From contig JBEKDT010000008.1 of NCBI GenBank assembly GCA_050014195.1, positions 32,001 to 96,000 on the forward strand: a DNA stretch of 64,000 bases. Reading direction: 5' to 3'. The translations under genes were made by a program, and so were the position numbers. Below, in pieces: positions 18,237 through 27,338 of the stretch (position 1 is the first letter of the stretch; each line of letters starts with the position of its first letter). Source of the stretch: Desulfomonilia bacterium (GTDB lineage Bacteria > Desulfobacterota > Desulfomonilia > UBA1062). The notes beneath the pieces were generated by a model, which did not search any database, was not told where the DNA came from, and saw only the letters and a program-made list of their open reading frames with translations.

Positions 18237-20393
18237 ATGGACGCGCAGAAGAATGTGTACCGGGAAGAGGCATACGAGCTCCTTGCAACCCTTGAAGACG
18301 CCCTCATCGAGCTGGAGCAGCATCCGGAAGACTTAGGTATAGTAGGGAGGGTCTTCCGGGCCATGCATACCATCAAGGGGTCAGGGGCCATGTTCGGCTT
18401 CGATGATATCGCTGCATTCACGCACACCATCGAGACGGTCTATGACCTCATCCGGGACGGGAACCTCAAGGTCAGCCAGGACCTCATCAGTCTGACGCTG
18501 TCTTCCTGCGACCAGATCAAGGCCATGCTGGATGCATCCCAGGGTCTGGTAGCGGCATCCGAGGAGAGGACCCGGGAGCTCGCTCAAGCATTCGTGGGCT
18601 ACCTCCCCCGGGAAGAGGAGCCATTGGATGAAGGCGCTGCGGGGCCTTGCCGCCCTGAACCCCAAGAGGAGGCACCCCGTCCGTTGACCACCTTCCGCAT
18701 CCGCTTCCGGCCGCATAGGGACCTCTTTGCCAACGGAACAAACCCCATCCCGCTCCTGAACGAGCTCAAGGCCCTCGGCGAGAGCGCGATCGTCTGTCAC
18801 ATGGACGACCTACCGGACCTTAAGGCAATCGACCCGGAGGCCTGTTACACGAGCTGGGACATCATCCTGACGACCTTGAGCGACATAAACACTATCAGGG
18901 ACGTGTTCATCTTTGTGGAGGACTCGAGTGAGATCTCGATAGAGCCCGTGGATACGCTCACGCCGAAAGACAATGATGCGGAGTATAAGAAGATGGGAGA
19001 GATCCTGCTGGAGCGGGGGTCCGTTCAGAAGGACGACCTGGACAAGGCGCTGAAAACTCAGAAGCGTCTTGGAGAGGTGCTGGTAGAAGCGGGGACGTTG
19101 GACAAGTCAGAGATCCGCTCCGCCCTTGCCGAGCAGGAACAGGTCAGGTCCGTGAGAAAGAAGCGCGCGGCGGCCGAGGAGACATCGAGCATCCGGGTGC
19201 CGGCAGCTAGGCTCGATGCCCTGGTGAACCTGGTGGGGGAGCTGGTCACGGTCCAGGCGCGACTGACCCAGTTCTCGGCCAGGAAGAGCGACCCGGACCT
19301 CCTGGGCATAGCCGAAGAGGTGGAGAGGCTCAGCGCAGAGCTTCGGGACATCTCCATGGGGATCAGGATGCTGCCCATCGGCACGACCTTCGCAAAGTTC
19401 AAGCGCCTGGTACGCGATCTGACAACGTCGCTGGGCAAGGACATCGACTTCGAGATGGAAGGAGAGGAGACCGAGCTCGACAAGACGGTCATCGACAAGC
19501 TCTCGGATCCGCTGGTCCACCTCATACGCAACAGCATCGATCACGGCATCGAGTCTCCGGATGCCAGGGTTGCCGCCGGAAAACTCAGCCAAGGCACGAT
19601 CAAGCTCTCGGCTCGGCACTCGGGGGCCCATGTGCTCATCTCGATCGCTGATGACGGAAACGGCCTCGATGTTGATGCCATCCGCGCCAAGGCCGTCGAG
19701 AAGGGAATCATCCCCCATGAGGCGGCATTAAGTGAGCATGAAATCAACGAGCTCATCTTCGCACCGGGATTCTCCACTGCCTCGACCGTCACAAGCGTCT
19801 CCGGCAGGGGGGTGGGCATGGATGTCGTGAGGAGCAGCATCGAAGGCCTGAACGGGACCGTTGAGGTCCGCAGCGCCAGGGGCAAGGGCACCACCATCAC
19901 CCTGAAGCTGCCGCTAACCCTAGCCATCATCGACGGGCTCCTGGTGAATATCGCAAACGAGGCCTTCGTCATCCCTTTAGGTGCGGTGGTGGAGTGCGTG
20001 GAGCTGACCGACGCAGAGAGAAACCATGCCCATGGCCGCCACCTCATCAAGGTCCGAGAGGAGATCATCCCCTACATCCCCTTGCGGGAGGTCTTCGGTA
20101 TCAACGGCGGCACCCCCTCCGTTGATCAGGTGGTGATCACCGAGCTCGGGGACAAAAGGGTGGGTTTCGTGGTTGACAAGGTCATCGGCCAGCACCAGAC
20201 CGTGATTAAGACCATGGGCGGCCTCCTCAGGGACATCGAGGGCGTCTCCGGCGCCACCATCCTGGGAGACGGCGCCGTGGCACTCATTTTGGATGTGTAT
20301 AAACTCATGCAACATGTTGAATTAATGGAACTGAATAAATATTGTGGGAATAAGCAGGTTGTTTTAATGGATGATTTGTCCGGATCGTCCTAA
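18237..20393 (+). CDS. cheA: Chemotaxis histidine kinase CheA
   Basis: HPt FRAMHTIKG; LVHLIRNSIDHGIE; DDGNG; IFAPGFST..SGRGVGMDVV; C-terminal CheW-like domain. Confidence 0.97.
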   Translation: MDAQKNVYREEAYELLATLEDALIELEQHPEDLGIVGRVFRAMHTIKGSGAMFGFDDIAAFTHTIETVYDLIRDGNLKVSQDLISLTLSSCDQIKAMLDASQGLVAASEERTRELAQAFVGYLPREEEPLDEGAAGPCRPEPQEEAPRPLTTFRIRFRPHRDLFANGTNPIPLLNELKALGESAIVCHMDDLPDLKAIDPEACYTSWDIILTTLSDINTIRDVFIFVEDSSEISIEPVDTLTPKDNDAEYKKMGEILLERGSVQKDDLDKALKTQKRLGEVLVEAGTLDKSEIRSALAEQEQVRSVRKKRAAAEETSSIRVPAARLDALVNLVGELVTVQARLTQFSARKSDPDLLGIAEEVERLSAELRDISMGIRMLPIGTTFAKFKRLVRDLTTSLGKDIDFEMEGEETELDKTVIDKLSDPLVHLIRNSIDHGIESPDARVAAGKLSQGTIKLSARHSGAHVLISIADDGNGLDVDAIRAKAVEKGIIPHEAALSEHEINELIFAPGFSTASTVTSVSGRGVGMDVVRSSIEGLNGTVEVRSARGKGTTITLKLPLTLAIIDGLLVNIANEAFVIPLGAVVECVELTDAERNHAHGRHLIKVREEIIPYIPLREVFGINGGTPSVDQVVITELGDKRVGFVVDKVIGQHQTVIKTMGGLLRDIEGVSGATILGDGAVALILDVYKLMQHVELMELNKYCGNKQVVLMDDLSGSS

Positions 20394-20723
20394 AATTAGG
20401 CTAGCACGTCCTCTTACCCTGCCATTTCACCTTAGATGGGTGCCAGGTGTCACGCTCCGGTATGAAGTGAGAGGCTTCGTATGTTTCACCCTAAGATCAT
20501 CAGCTTTAAGGCATCTAGAAACCGAGATGAATCGCAGGAATCTCTCTTATGAGACAACAAGAGAAGATGTGTTCTTTTTATGACACCAGATTAATGGCTA
20601 GTCCTTTTCCTGTAGGTTTTTCTGCTGGGGGTTTAGCTCTGCCTAATTACCCCTAAAATAGCGGAAAATCATTGAATATGTAGCATGCTGTTTGGTCGCC
20701 AATGATACCGCGAAACAGTACGG

Positions 20724-21356
20724 TTAGCTGTTATCAAATGTCTTTAGTATTGTGCCGGCATCCTCGATGATGAAGAGCTTGTCCATGTTCTTCAAGGAAC
20801 GCTCATGTGCCACTCTGTCCATTGAAGAAACACAGTCAGATACCACAACAGGGTAAAACCCCCTATTGGAGGCATCCCGTACGCTTGATTCAATGCCCAT
20901 CTCGGTGGCGATGCCGGTGAATATGATTGTGGTGATAGAACGGTTCCGAAGCATGTACTCGAATTTCGTCCCGAGAAAGATGCTCGCAAAGGATTTTTCA
21001 AGGACAACATCGTCCTTTTTCGGTTCAATTGTCTCAGGGATCATGCTCTCCTGCGAGCCAGACGACATAAAGGACGGCAGCTTGTTTACATCATCCACAT
21101 TGAACCGCCTCATCATCGAATAAAGGTACCATGAGGATGCAAATCTTCTGGGCAGGGGCGTTATTAATGTATAGAATACAGGCATCTTGCCGCGTAATAC
21201 TTCGATGAGCGGTTTCAAAGAGGATATGAACTCTTCCTTGTTGAATATCCTGTCAACCAGGCCGTTTTGCACATCCCAGACAACGAGGCATGAATGTCTG
21301 GGGTCAACTATCTCCTTGAGATTTTCATACACTTCGATTCCCTTTATGTTTTTCAT
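20724..21356 (-). CDS. Isochorismatase/cysteine-hydrolase family protein (YecD-like, Gly at the nucleophile position)
   Basis: LVVWDVQN, VLEKSFASIF.GT, TGIATEMGIESSVRDA..RGF, VVSDCVSS. Confidence 0.88.
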   Translation of the reverse strand: MKNIKGIEVYENLKEIVDPRHSCLVVWDVQNGLVDRIFNKEEFISSLKPLIEVLRGKMPVFYTLITPLPRRFASSWYLYSMMRRFNVDDVNKLPSFMSSGSQESMIPETIEPKKDDVVLEKSFASIFLGTKFEYMLRNRSITTIIFTGIATEMGIESSVRDASNRGFYPVVVSDCVSSMDRVAHERSLKNMDKLFIIEDAGTILKTFDNS

Positions 21357-21629
21357 CGCTTACCTCGTATCACCTTGTCGGATATGGACTTCCCCCACAA
21401 ACCCCACGTATTTCCCTATATAGCCCATATATAAATTATAAATTAATTTATATTATATGGTTGCTACATCCCTCATACCTCAATTAATACATTATATCAA
21501 TATGTTAAATGATTTTCTGTGTTTTTTTATCATAGTTCGCGACTCTGACAATCGGGATGTTAGTTCATGCTTTTTTGACGATAACTTGCTAAAAACTATT
21601 TGGCAACAGGCCGTTGAGACCTGACCCTG

Positions 21630-21770
21630 ATGGTTCCTGATGGTTCCCTCAATTGGGAGACCTTCAAGGAGGGGTTACCCGGGGCGCTTCTTATCTTCAT
21701 CCTGCCCTTTGTGCTGTTCTGGGTCATCAGTCATATTTTCCCCATTTTTGAACAAGAAGAGGCTCACTAA
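21630..21770 (+). CDS. 46-aa membrane peptide, or 3' remnant of a membrane protein gene
   Basis: MVPDGSLNWETFKEGLPGALLIFILPFVLFWVISHIFPIFEQEEAH; no clear RBS; in-frame stop just upstream. Confidence 0.35.
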   Translation: MVPDGSLNWETFKEGLPGALLIFILPFVLFWVISHIFPIFEQEEAH

Positions 21771-21929
21771 ATCAGCAAGAGCCTTCTCTCGCGGGAGAAT
21801 CGCTGTCGGCAGGGGACGCTCAAAATTTGAATGTTATGTTGTATTCTCTTCGAAATTATCCTACAATGGACAACATATCTACATAATTCGTTAAATAACG
21901 CCGATCCAACACTGCCCCGGGGAGATGAT

Positions 21930-22445
21930 ATGGAAGCAGGAAACAATGTACCCTGGCGTTGCTGTTTCATTGCATTCCTGACAGTGGTCTTTTTTTCTGC
22001 AAATATGTATGCGGAAGAACAGGATATACCAAAAAAGTTCTTCGTCACGCCGCCCCCGTTCAGTGCAGGCATCTATCCTTGCTCAATGTGCCACAAAGGC
22101 CTGCCCACCAACACACAACCAAGAAAACTTCAAGCCAATATGAACATCCCTCTCAAGCATATGCCCGGCGGCTGGTGCTTCGAATGCCATAATCCGGACA
22201 ACAGGGACAAATTACGGCTCGCGAACGGCACATTGGTCAGCTTTGAGGAATCATACATTCTCTGCGGCCAGTGCCACGGAACGATACTGCGAGAATGGAA
22301 GGCCGGCCTGCACGGGAAGAGGACCGGCATGTGGAACGGCGATAAGCAGTACTATCTTTGCGTAAGCTGCCATTCGCCGCATGAACCGCGGTTTAAGCCG
22401 ATCAAACCGTCTCCACCGCCGGTGAGACCGATGGAGATCAAGTAA
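21930..22445 (+). CDS. Tetraheme c-type cytochrome
   Basis: Four CxxCH motifs (CSMCH, CFECH, CGQCH, CVSCH); N-terminal signal/anchor; GGAG RBS. Confidence 0.92.
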   Translation: MEAGNNVPWRCCFIAFLTVVFFSANMYAEEQDIPKKFFVTPPPFSAGIYPCSMCHKGLPTNTQPRKLQANMNIPLKHMPGGWCFECHNPDNRDKLRLANGTLVSFEESYILCGQCHGTILREWKAGLHGKRTGMWNGDKQYYLCVSCHSPHEPRFKPIKPSPPPVRPMEIK

Positions 22446-22469
22446 TACATAACGAGGACGAGAAGACCG

Positions 22470-23396
22470 ATGCGAAAAACCGTGAAGAAAATGGATGGAA
22501 TTCATCTTGACCGCAGGACCTTTCTCAAGGGCGTGGCCCTCGGCCTGGCGGGGACAGCGCTCCCGCTGAACAAGGCCGATGCCTCGTTCTGGGAATCGTT
22601 TTTTCAGAAGCACTTTAAGGAAATGAATGATGCCGAGATCAAGCAGGTACTCGGCTGTCTGGAGCGGGAATACGAAGAAAAATATAAAAAAGCGATCAAG
22701 GTGGGCAATCAGAAAGCGATGCCGCGAGTTCTCTTCGGTTACGGGCTCGATCTTTCCCGATGCATCGGCTGCAGGAGATGCGTTTATGCCTGCGTTGAGG
22801 AGAACAATCAATCCAGGGACCCGCAGATCCACTGGATATCGGTCCTCAGATTCAAAAAAGGGGAAAAGTGGGTCGATCTTATAGAATCGGAGAAGTATTA
22901 CAACCCAGAAAAGGTGCCTGAAGAGGGATATTTTTATATGCCGGTTCAGTGCCAGCAGTGTGAGAACCCGCCCTGTGTAAGGGCCTGTCCTACGCAGGCC
23001 ACCTGGAAAGAGCCGGACGGGATCGTGGTCATCGATTACAACTGGTGCATTGGCTGTCGCTACTGCATGGCCGCCTGTCCCTATGGAGCGCGCCACTTTA
23101 ATTGGACCGATCCGGGCCGCAAGTCAGGCGAGATCAATCCGCAGACGCACTATCTCGGGAACCGCCCGCGCTATAAAGGAGTGGTGGAGAAGTGCACCTT
23201 TTGTATCCAGCGGACGAGGAACGGACGTTACCCGGCGTGCGTTGAGGCCTGCCCCGTAGGCGCGCGCAAATTCGGGAACCTCCTTGATCCGAACAGCGAG
23301 ATCAGGTACGCCATTGAGCACAAGCGGGTGTTCCGGTTGAAAGAGGACCTGAATACTTATCCCAAGTTCTATTATTTCTTTGCGTACGGCGTGTAG
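22470..23396 (+). CDS. Tat-exported 4x[4Fe-4S] protein (NrfC/DsrO family)
   Basis: DRRTFLKG Tat motif; CIGCRRCVYAC, CQQCENPPCVRACP, CIGCRYCMAACPY, KCTFC...PACVEACP. Confidence 0.94.
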   Translation: MRKTVKKMDGIHLDRRTFLKGVALGLAGTALPLNKADASFWESFFQKHFKEMNDAEIKQVLGCLEREYEEKYKKAIKVGNQKAMPRVLFGYGLDLSRCIGCRRCVYACVEENNQSRDPQIHWISVLRFKKGEKWVDLIESEKYYNPEKVPEEGYFYMPVQCQQCENPPCVRACPTQATWKEPDGIVVIDYNWCIGCRYCMAACPYGARHFNWTDPGRKSGEINPQTHYLGNRPRYKGVVEKCTFCIQRTRNGRYPACVEACPVGARKFGNLLDPNSEIRYAIEHKRVFRLKEDLNTYPKFYYFFAYGV

Positions 23397-23407
23397 GAGG
23401 CCCACTT

Positions 23408-24640
23408 ATGGCAAGTTTTATCAAAAATTATTTTATTGCCTGGCGTCAGATTTTCATTGGCAACCGGGCTTACTACCTCTGGGTCGGCTTCCTGACGTTT
23501 TTTATTCTCCTCGGACTCAACGCGTATATTGATCAGTACCACCGGGGACTCATAGTAACCGCCATGAGGGATCAGGTTTCGTGGGGGCTGTACCTCTCGA
23601 ATTTCACTTTTCTCGTCGGTGTAGCTGCTGCCGCAGTGCTGCTCGTGGTTCCGGCTTACGTGTATAACTTCAAGCCGATCAAGGAAATCGTGCTGTTCGG
23701 CGAGCTGCTCGCCATCACGGCCATAACCATGTGTATCCTCTTCATCATGATCGACATGGGGCAGCCTTTGCGGGTATGGCATATTTTGCCGTTCATCGGC
23801 GCCATGAATTTCCCTTCGTCACTGCTCACCTGGGACGTGATCGTCTTGAGCGGATATCTCGCCATCAATGTAATCATTGCATTTTACGTTCTCTACCGGC
23901 TTTCGATCGGGAAGGAGTACCGTATGGCCGTGATCAGGCCGCTCATCATTCTGTCCATTCCATGGGCGGTGAGCATCCACACGGTGACGGCGTTCCTCTA
24001 TAACGGACTCTCGGCCAGGCCCTTCTGGAACGCCTCGATCCTGGCCCCGAGGTTTCTTGCTTCGGCGTTCTGTTCCGGACCCGCCATCATGCTGGTCCTG
24101 TTCCAGATCATCAGGAAACGTTCTGAGGTAGAGATCGATAACAAGGCGATCTTCAAAATCGCCGAATTGATCGCCTATGCCATGGCGATCAATTTGTTCC
24201 TTCTGGGCGCAGAGGCATTCAAGGAATTTTATTCGGGCGCCGTTGACAGCTATTCCATCCAGTATCTGTACTTCGGTCTTAATGGGAAAGCGAGTCTGGT
24301 ACCCTGGATGTGGGCCGCATCCCTGTTCAATATCACGGCGTTCTTTCTCTTTCTCTTTCCGAGGACACGTGAGAATTTCACGACACTAAACATCGGATGC
24401 GTGCTGATCATTATGGGCGTGTATATAGAGAAGGGGATCGGGCTTATTGTACCCGGCTTTGTTCCGGATACACTCGGGGAGATTTATGAATACTCTCCGA
24501 CCACATCGGAGATTGTCATTACCATGGGCGTATGGGCTTTCGGTGCGCTTATCTACACGATCCTGCTGAAAATTGCAGTGCCGATCTATACGGGAAAACT
24601 TCGGTTCGAGATAAAAGAACGGAACGTTATCACGCGGTAA
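23408..24640 (+). CDS. NrfD/PsrC/DsrP-family quinone-interacting membrane subunit
   Basis: WGLYLSNFTFLVGVAAAA, DMGQPLRVWH, NFPSSLLTWD, SIHTVTAFL, APRFLASAF, YSPT..E. Confidence 0.94.
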   Translation: MASFIKNYFIAWRQIFIGNRAYYLWVGFLTFFILLGLNAYIDQYHRGLIVTAMRDQVSWGLYLSNFTFLVGVAAAAVLLVVPAYVYNFKPIKEIVLFGELLAITAITMCILFIMIDMGQPLRVWHILPFIGAMNFPSSLLTWDVIVLSGYLAINVIIAFYVLYRLSIGKEYRMAVIRPLIILSIPWAVSIHTVTAFLYNGLSARPFWNASILAPRFLASAFCSGPAIMLVLFQIIRKRSEVEIDNKAIFKIAELIAYAMAINLFLLGAEAFKEFYSGAVDSYSIQYLYFGLNGKASLVPWMWAASLFNITAFFLFLFPRTRENFTTLNIGCVLIIMGVYIEKGIGLIVPGFVPDTLGEIYEYSPTTSEIVITMGVWAFGALIYTILLKIAVPIYTGKLRFEIKERNVITR

Positions 24641-24774
24641 TGCCGCAGTCAGCGCCTTGCGTCCGGGGGATGCGCAAATCCTATTCCTGCCAGCAAGCGG
24701 TAGACAAACTCAAAAATATACGAGCCTCCCCTAGCCCTCCACAGGCGCAGATAATTACCCTGTCCCTTTCTCTT

Positions 24775-26151
24775 TCAGAACATCAGCCAGGCCAGGAGAT
24801 AGAGGGTATTGTTGTCCTGGGCATTCCTTCCAGATCCGTCATAGTCGGTATGGGCCCCATTGAATTCGGCGTAGATAATGTACTGCAGGGAGAATTTATA
24901 TTGCTGTTTCAACACGTAATCGAGCTCAAGCAGGTAGCCCTTGCTGTCGGGGCTGCCGTTCTGGCTTCCGCCTACCGGATCGGGTGCGTAGAGGACCGTA
25001 TCCTTGTTGCCGGTGGTTTGAAAGTAGCCCAGTGAGCCCCCGATATCTCCGGCGGGGCTGCGGTAGTAATAGCTGCCGTTCAGCTTGAACGTCTGCAGGG
25101 TATTGGATTCGTTGGCGGACAAGCCCTTGAGAAAGCTGGCGTCCAGCTCCTGTTTCTCATGGATCCAGGTGGTGCGCAGCGTTAGGAGGTGCGGATCGCC
25201 GATGAATTGATACTGGGCGTCGAAGGCCGTGTCGGTAAATCTGTCGGTGGAGCCCTTGCTGGCCCCGTCCGGGAAGATATCGGCCCTCAGGCCGTAGGTG
25301 CCGATCTCGATGTTGTGCTTATCCCAGTTATGTGCCAGTGCCAGTCGCCAGTACGGCACCGCGCCATCCGTCACCATGGTCGGGGTCGAACCGGCGCCCA
25401 GCGGCCGGGTAATGCCGTCAAAGGTGGTACGGTAGACACTCACGCCGCCATAGATCAGGTCGTTCCAGTAGCCATAGGCGCCGATACCGCCGACCTGGGT
25501 GGCGAGTGCACCGTCGATGAGCGTGCCCGCGGCGGGTGTCGGAGCGACGGCCGAGGTTGCGAACGGGAAGCCCCATATGGGCGTGCTGTTCCAGAGATCC
25601 TCCACACCGGGGGCGTTGTTCAGGGTAAGACCATAGGCCGTGTCCTTGTCGCCGATTTTCGTAGTGTTGGCGTAGCGGATGTCCGTCAGGTCCAAAGCGA
25701 TGGAGTTGGCCGTGCCGTCATAGGTCAGCTGCGCCAGGGCCCCGGTGTGTTCGCCGTAGATGCGGCCGCCGTAAAAGACACTGGCCTGCTGAGGCAGGTT
25801 GGTCCGCTCGGTGGCCGTATCTTCAGGATTGTCAAAGGGGGCGACGCCGTTATTCAGGATGCCGCTGTTCTTTTGGAGCGTGGTGTAAGATAACTCCAGC
25901 ATGGCCGACAGCGGCGGTGTATTGGGTTTCGATTGAGCCTGGGTGCTGAAGGCATACCCGTTCATTTTAAAGTTGCGGCCGAAAGGGGTCAACTCGGGAA
26001 AGACGGTATGACATACCGAGCAGGACAATCCGGTTTGATGCCCGAAGCTGGGTACGGCATAGGCCGATTTTTCCGCAAATGTTGCCAGGGAGAAGAAAAG
26101 ACATGCCGCAACCATCACCGCAGTTACGTTGGTAAAGATGTTCTTGAGCAT
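24775..26151 (-). CDS. cyc2: Cyc2-like outer-membrane monoheme cytochrome c-porin fusion
   Basis: Signal peptide (AYA), then VPSFGHQTGLSCSVCHTVFPELTPFGRNFKMNGY (Cyc2 N-terminal signature); alternating beta-strand pattern; C-terminal LYLLAWLMF beta-signal. Confidence 0.85.
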   Translation of the reverse strand: MLKNIFTNVTAVMVAACLFFSLATFAEKSAYAVPSFGHQTGLSCSVCHTVFPELTPFGRNFKMNGYAFSTQAQSKPNTPPLSAMLELSYTTLQKNSGILNNGVAPFDNPEDTATERTNLPQQASVFYGGRIYGEHTGALAQLTYDGTANSIALDLTDIRYANTTKIGDKDTAYGLTLNNAPGVEDLWNSTPIWGFPFATSAVAPTPAAGTLIDGALATQVGGIGAYGYWNDLIYGGVSVYRTTFDGITRPLGAGSTPTMVTDGAVPYWRLALAHNWDKHNIEIGTYGLRADIFPDGASKGSTDRFTDTAFDAQYQFIGDPHLLTLRTTWIHEKQELDASFLKGLSANESNTLQTFKLNGSYYYRSPAGDIGGSLGYFQTTGNKDTVLYAPDPVGGSQNGSPDSKGYLLELDYVLKQQYKFSLQYIIYAEFNGAHTDYDGSGRNAQDNNTLYLLAWLMF

Positions 26152-26184
26152 CGTTCATCCCTCCTTTTTTCTTTAAACCCTGCA

Positions 26185-26523
26185 CTATTTTTTATAGGTA
26201 TGCGTCATGTAATCGATGACCGCCTGGATCTCCTCGGGGGACAGATTGATGGCCGGCATCTTGCCACGGCCATGCAAGATGGAGTCGGTTATCACGCGCT
26301 TGGTGTCCTTTTTCCAGAATTCCGGTGCGAAGGCCGTGGGAGCAGGGTGGAACGCTACCGCCGCCGGACCTTTACCATCGCCTTTCATGCCATGGCAAAT
26401 CTGGCAGTTATTAGAATAAAGATCTTTTCCTTTGTCACTTTTTTCGGATGCTGTGATGAGATCGGATAAAAACATCAGCCCGAACAATAACATCAACAGG
26501 GTACAGATAATTTTTTGTTTCAT
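26185..26523 (-). CDS. Periplasmic monoheme class I cytochrome c
   Basis: Signal peptide; GKDLYSNNCQICHG..GDGKGPAA; distal Met in GKMPA; LS.EEI.AVIDY. Confidence 0.92.
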   Translation of the reverse strand: MKQKIICTLLMLLFGLMFLSDLITASEKSDKGKDLYSNNCQICHGMKGDGKGPAAVAFHPAPTAFAPEFWKKDTKRVITDSILHGRGKMPAINLSPEEIQAVIDYMTHTYKK

Positions 26524-26973
26524 AAATCCGCCCTTCATTTTGAATATAAAGAACAAAAATCAAAATTAATACATATAGTTTTTAGATGCATTTGTTATAA
26601 AGATAATCGATACGGTTAAATAGAATATATTCTCAAGGACAGAAGTCAAGGGTTCGATCTTACATTGTCCTGACTCTTTGATAATGTCCCCATGAGAACT
26701 CGATAGGAATGTCCCCATGACATTAAGTAACGTAATCGCCTGCAGCAGAGATTTCTGCAGGTAAAATAAGTGTTTGTTTTTAATTTTCTCCTTACGAGCC
26801 ATTGCTTACTTACAATCCATTACTATATATAAGTAGGATTTTCTCTTGTAACGATATTGATATTTCCCTCTGATTATATCTTTTTGCTATATCCAACGAG
26901 ATTTACATCAGATATTTTGCTTCACGAAAAATTGTTACCAAGGAGGTTGTGGGGGAAAAGGAGGTAAAATATT

Positions 26974-27246
26974 ATGCGTGCCTGGTACATACTTATGGCA
27001 ACATTCATCACTCTCATTATGGCAATGGTGATCTTGCTCGGGAATCTTGGTGATATTCAAGGAAACCATTGGGCAATGCCCTCTCAAATGAATGGTGCTT
27101 ATGGTGCTCAAGTGGCATCTCGCACGGAAACCTCTGCGTATCCCTGGCAACTTGATTATATAACCCTTGGTACCAAGGTAGAAATAGCGTATGCTTCCAT
27201 GCCTAATTATGTATTGCCATGTAAAGATGAACACAGGGTAAGATAG
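26974..27246 (+). CDS. Small hypothetical protein with N-terminal TM helix
   Basis: Strong AGGAGGT RBS; hydrophobic N-terminus; no family recognised. Confidence 0.5.
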   Translation: MRAWYILMATFITLIMAMVILLGNLGDIQGNHWAMPSQMNGAYGAQVASRTETSAYPWQLDYITLGTKVEIAYASMPNYVLPCKDEHRVR

Positions 27247-27338
27247 AAGTTAGTACGGTCCTTGTGGAACTTTGAAAGAAGTGAATAGTCGAGGAACGGA
27301 CCTGTTAGGAAGCTGTTTGTATTGAGTATCTTGTAGGA

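Noticed and set aside
22470-24640. dsrO/dsrP or nrfC/nrfD gene symbols implying sulfate or nitrite reduction
   Set aside because: No dsrMKJ, dsrAB or nrfA nearby; only family-level assignment is supportable.
26566-26802. 78-aa ORF as a regulator remnant upstream of the cytochrome operon
   Set aside because: AT-rich, no RBS and no convincing motif.
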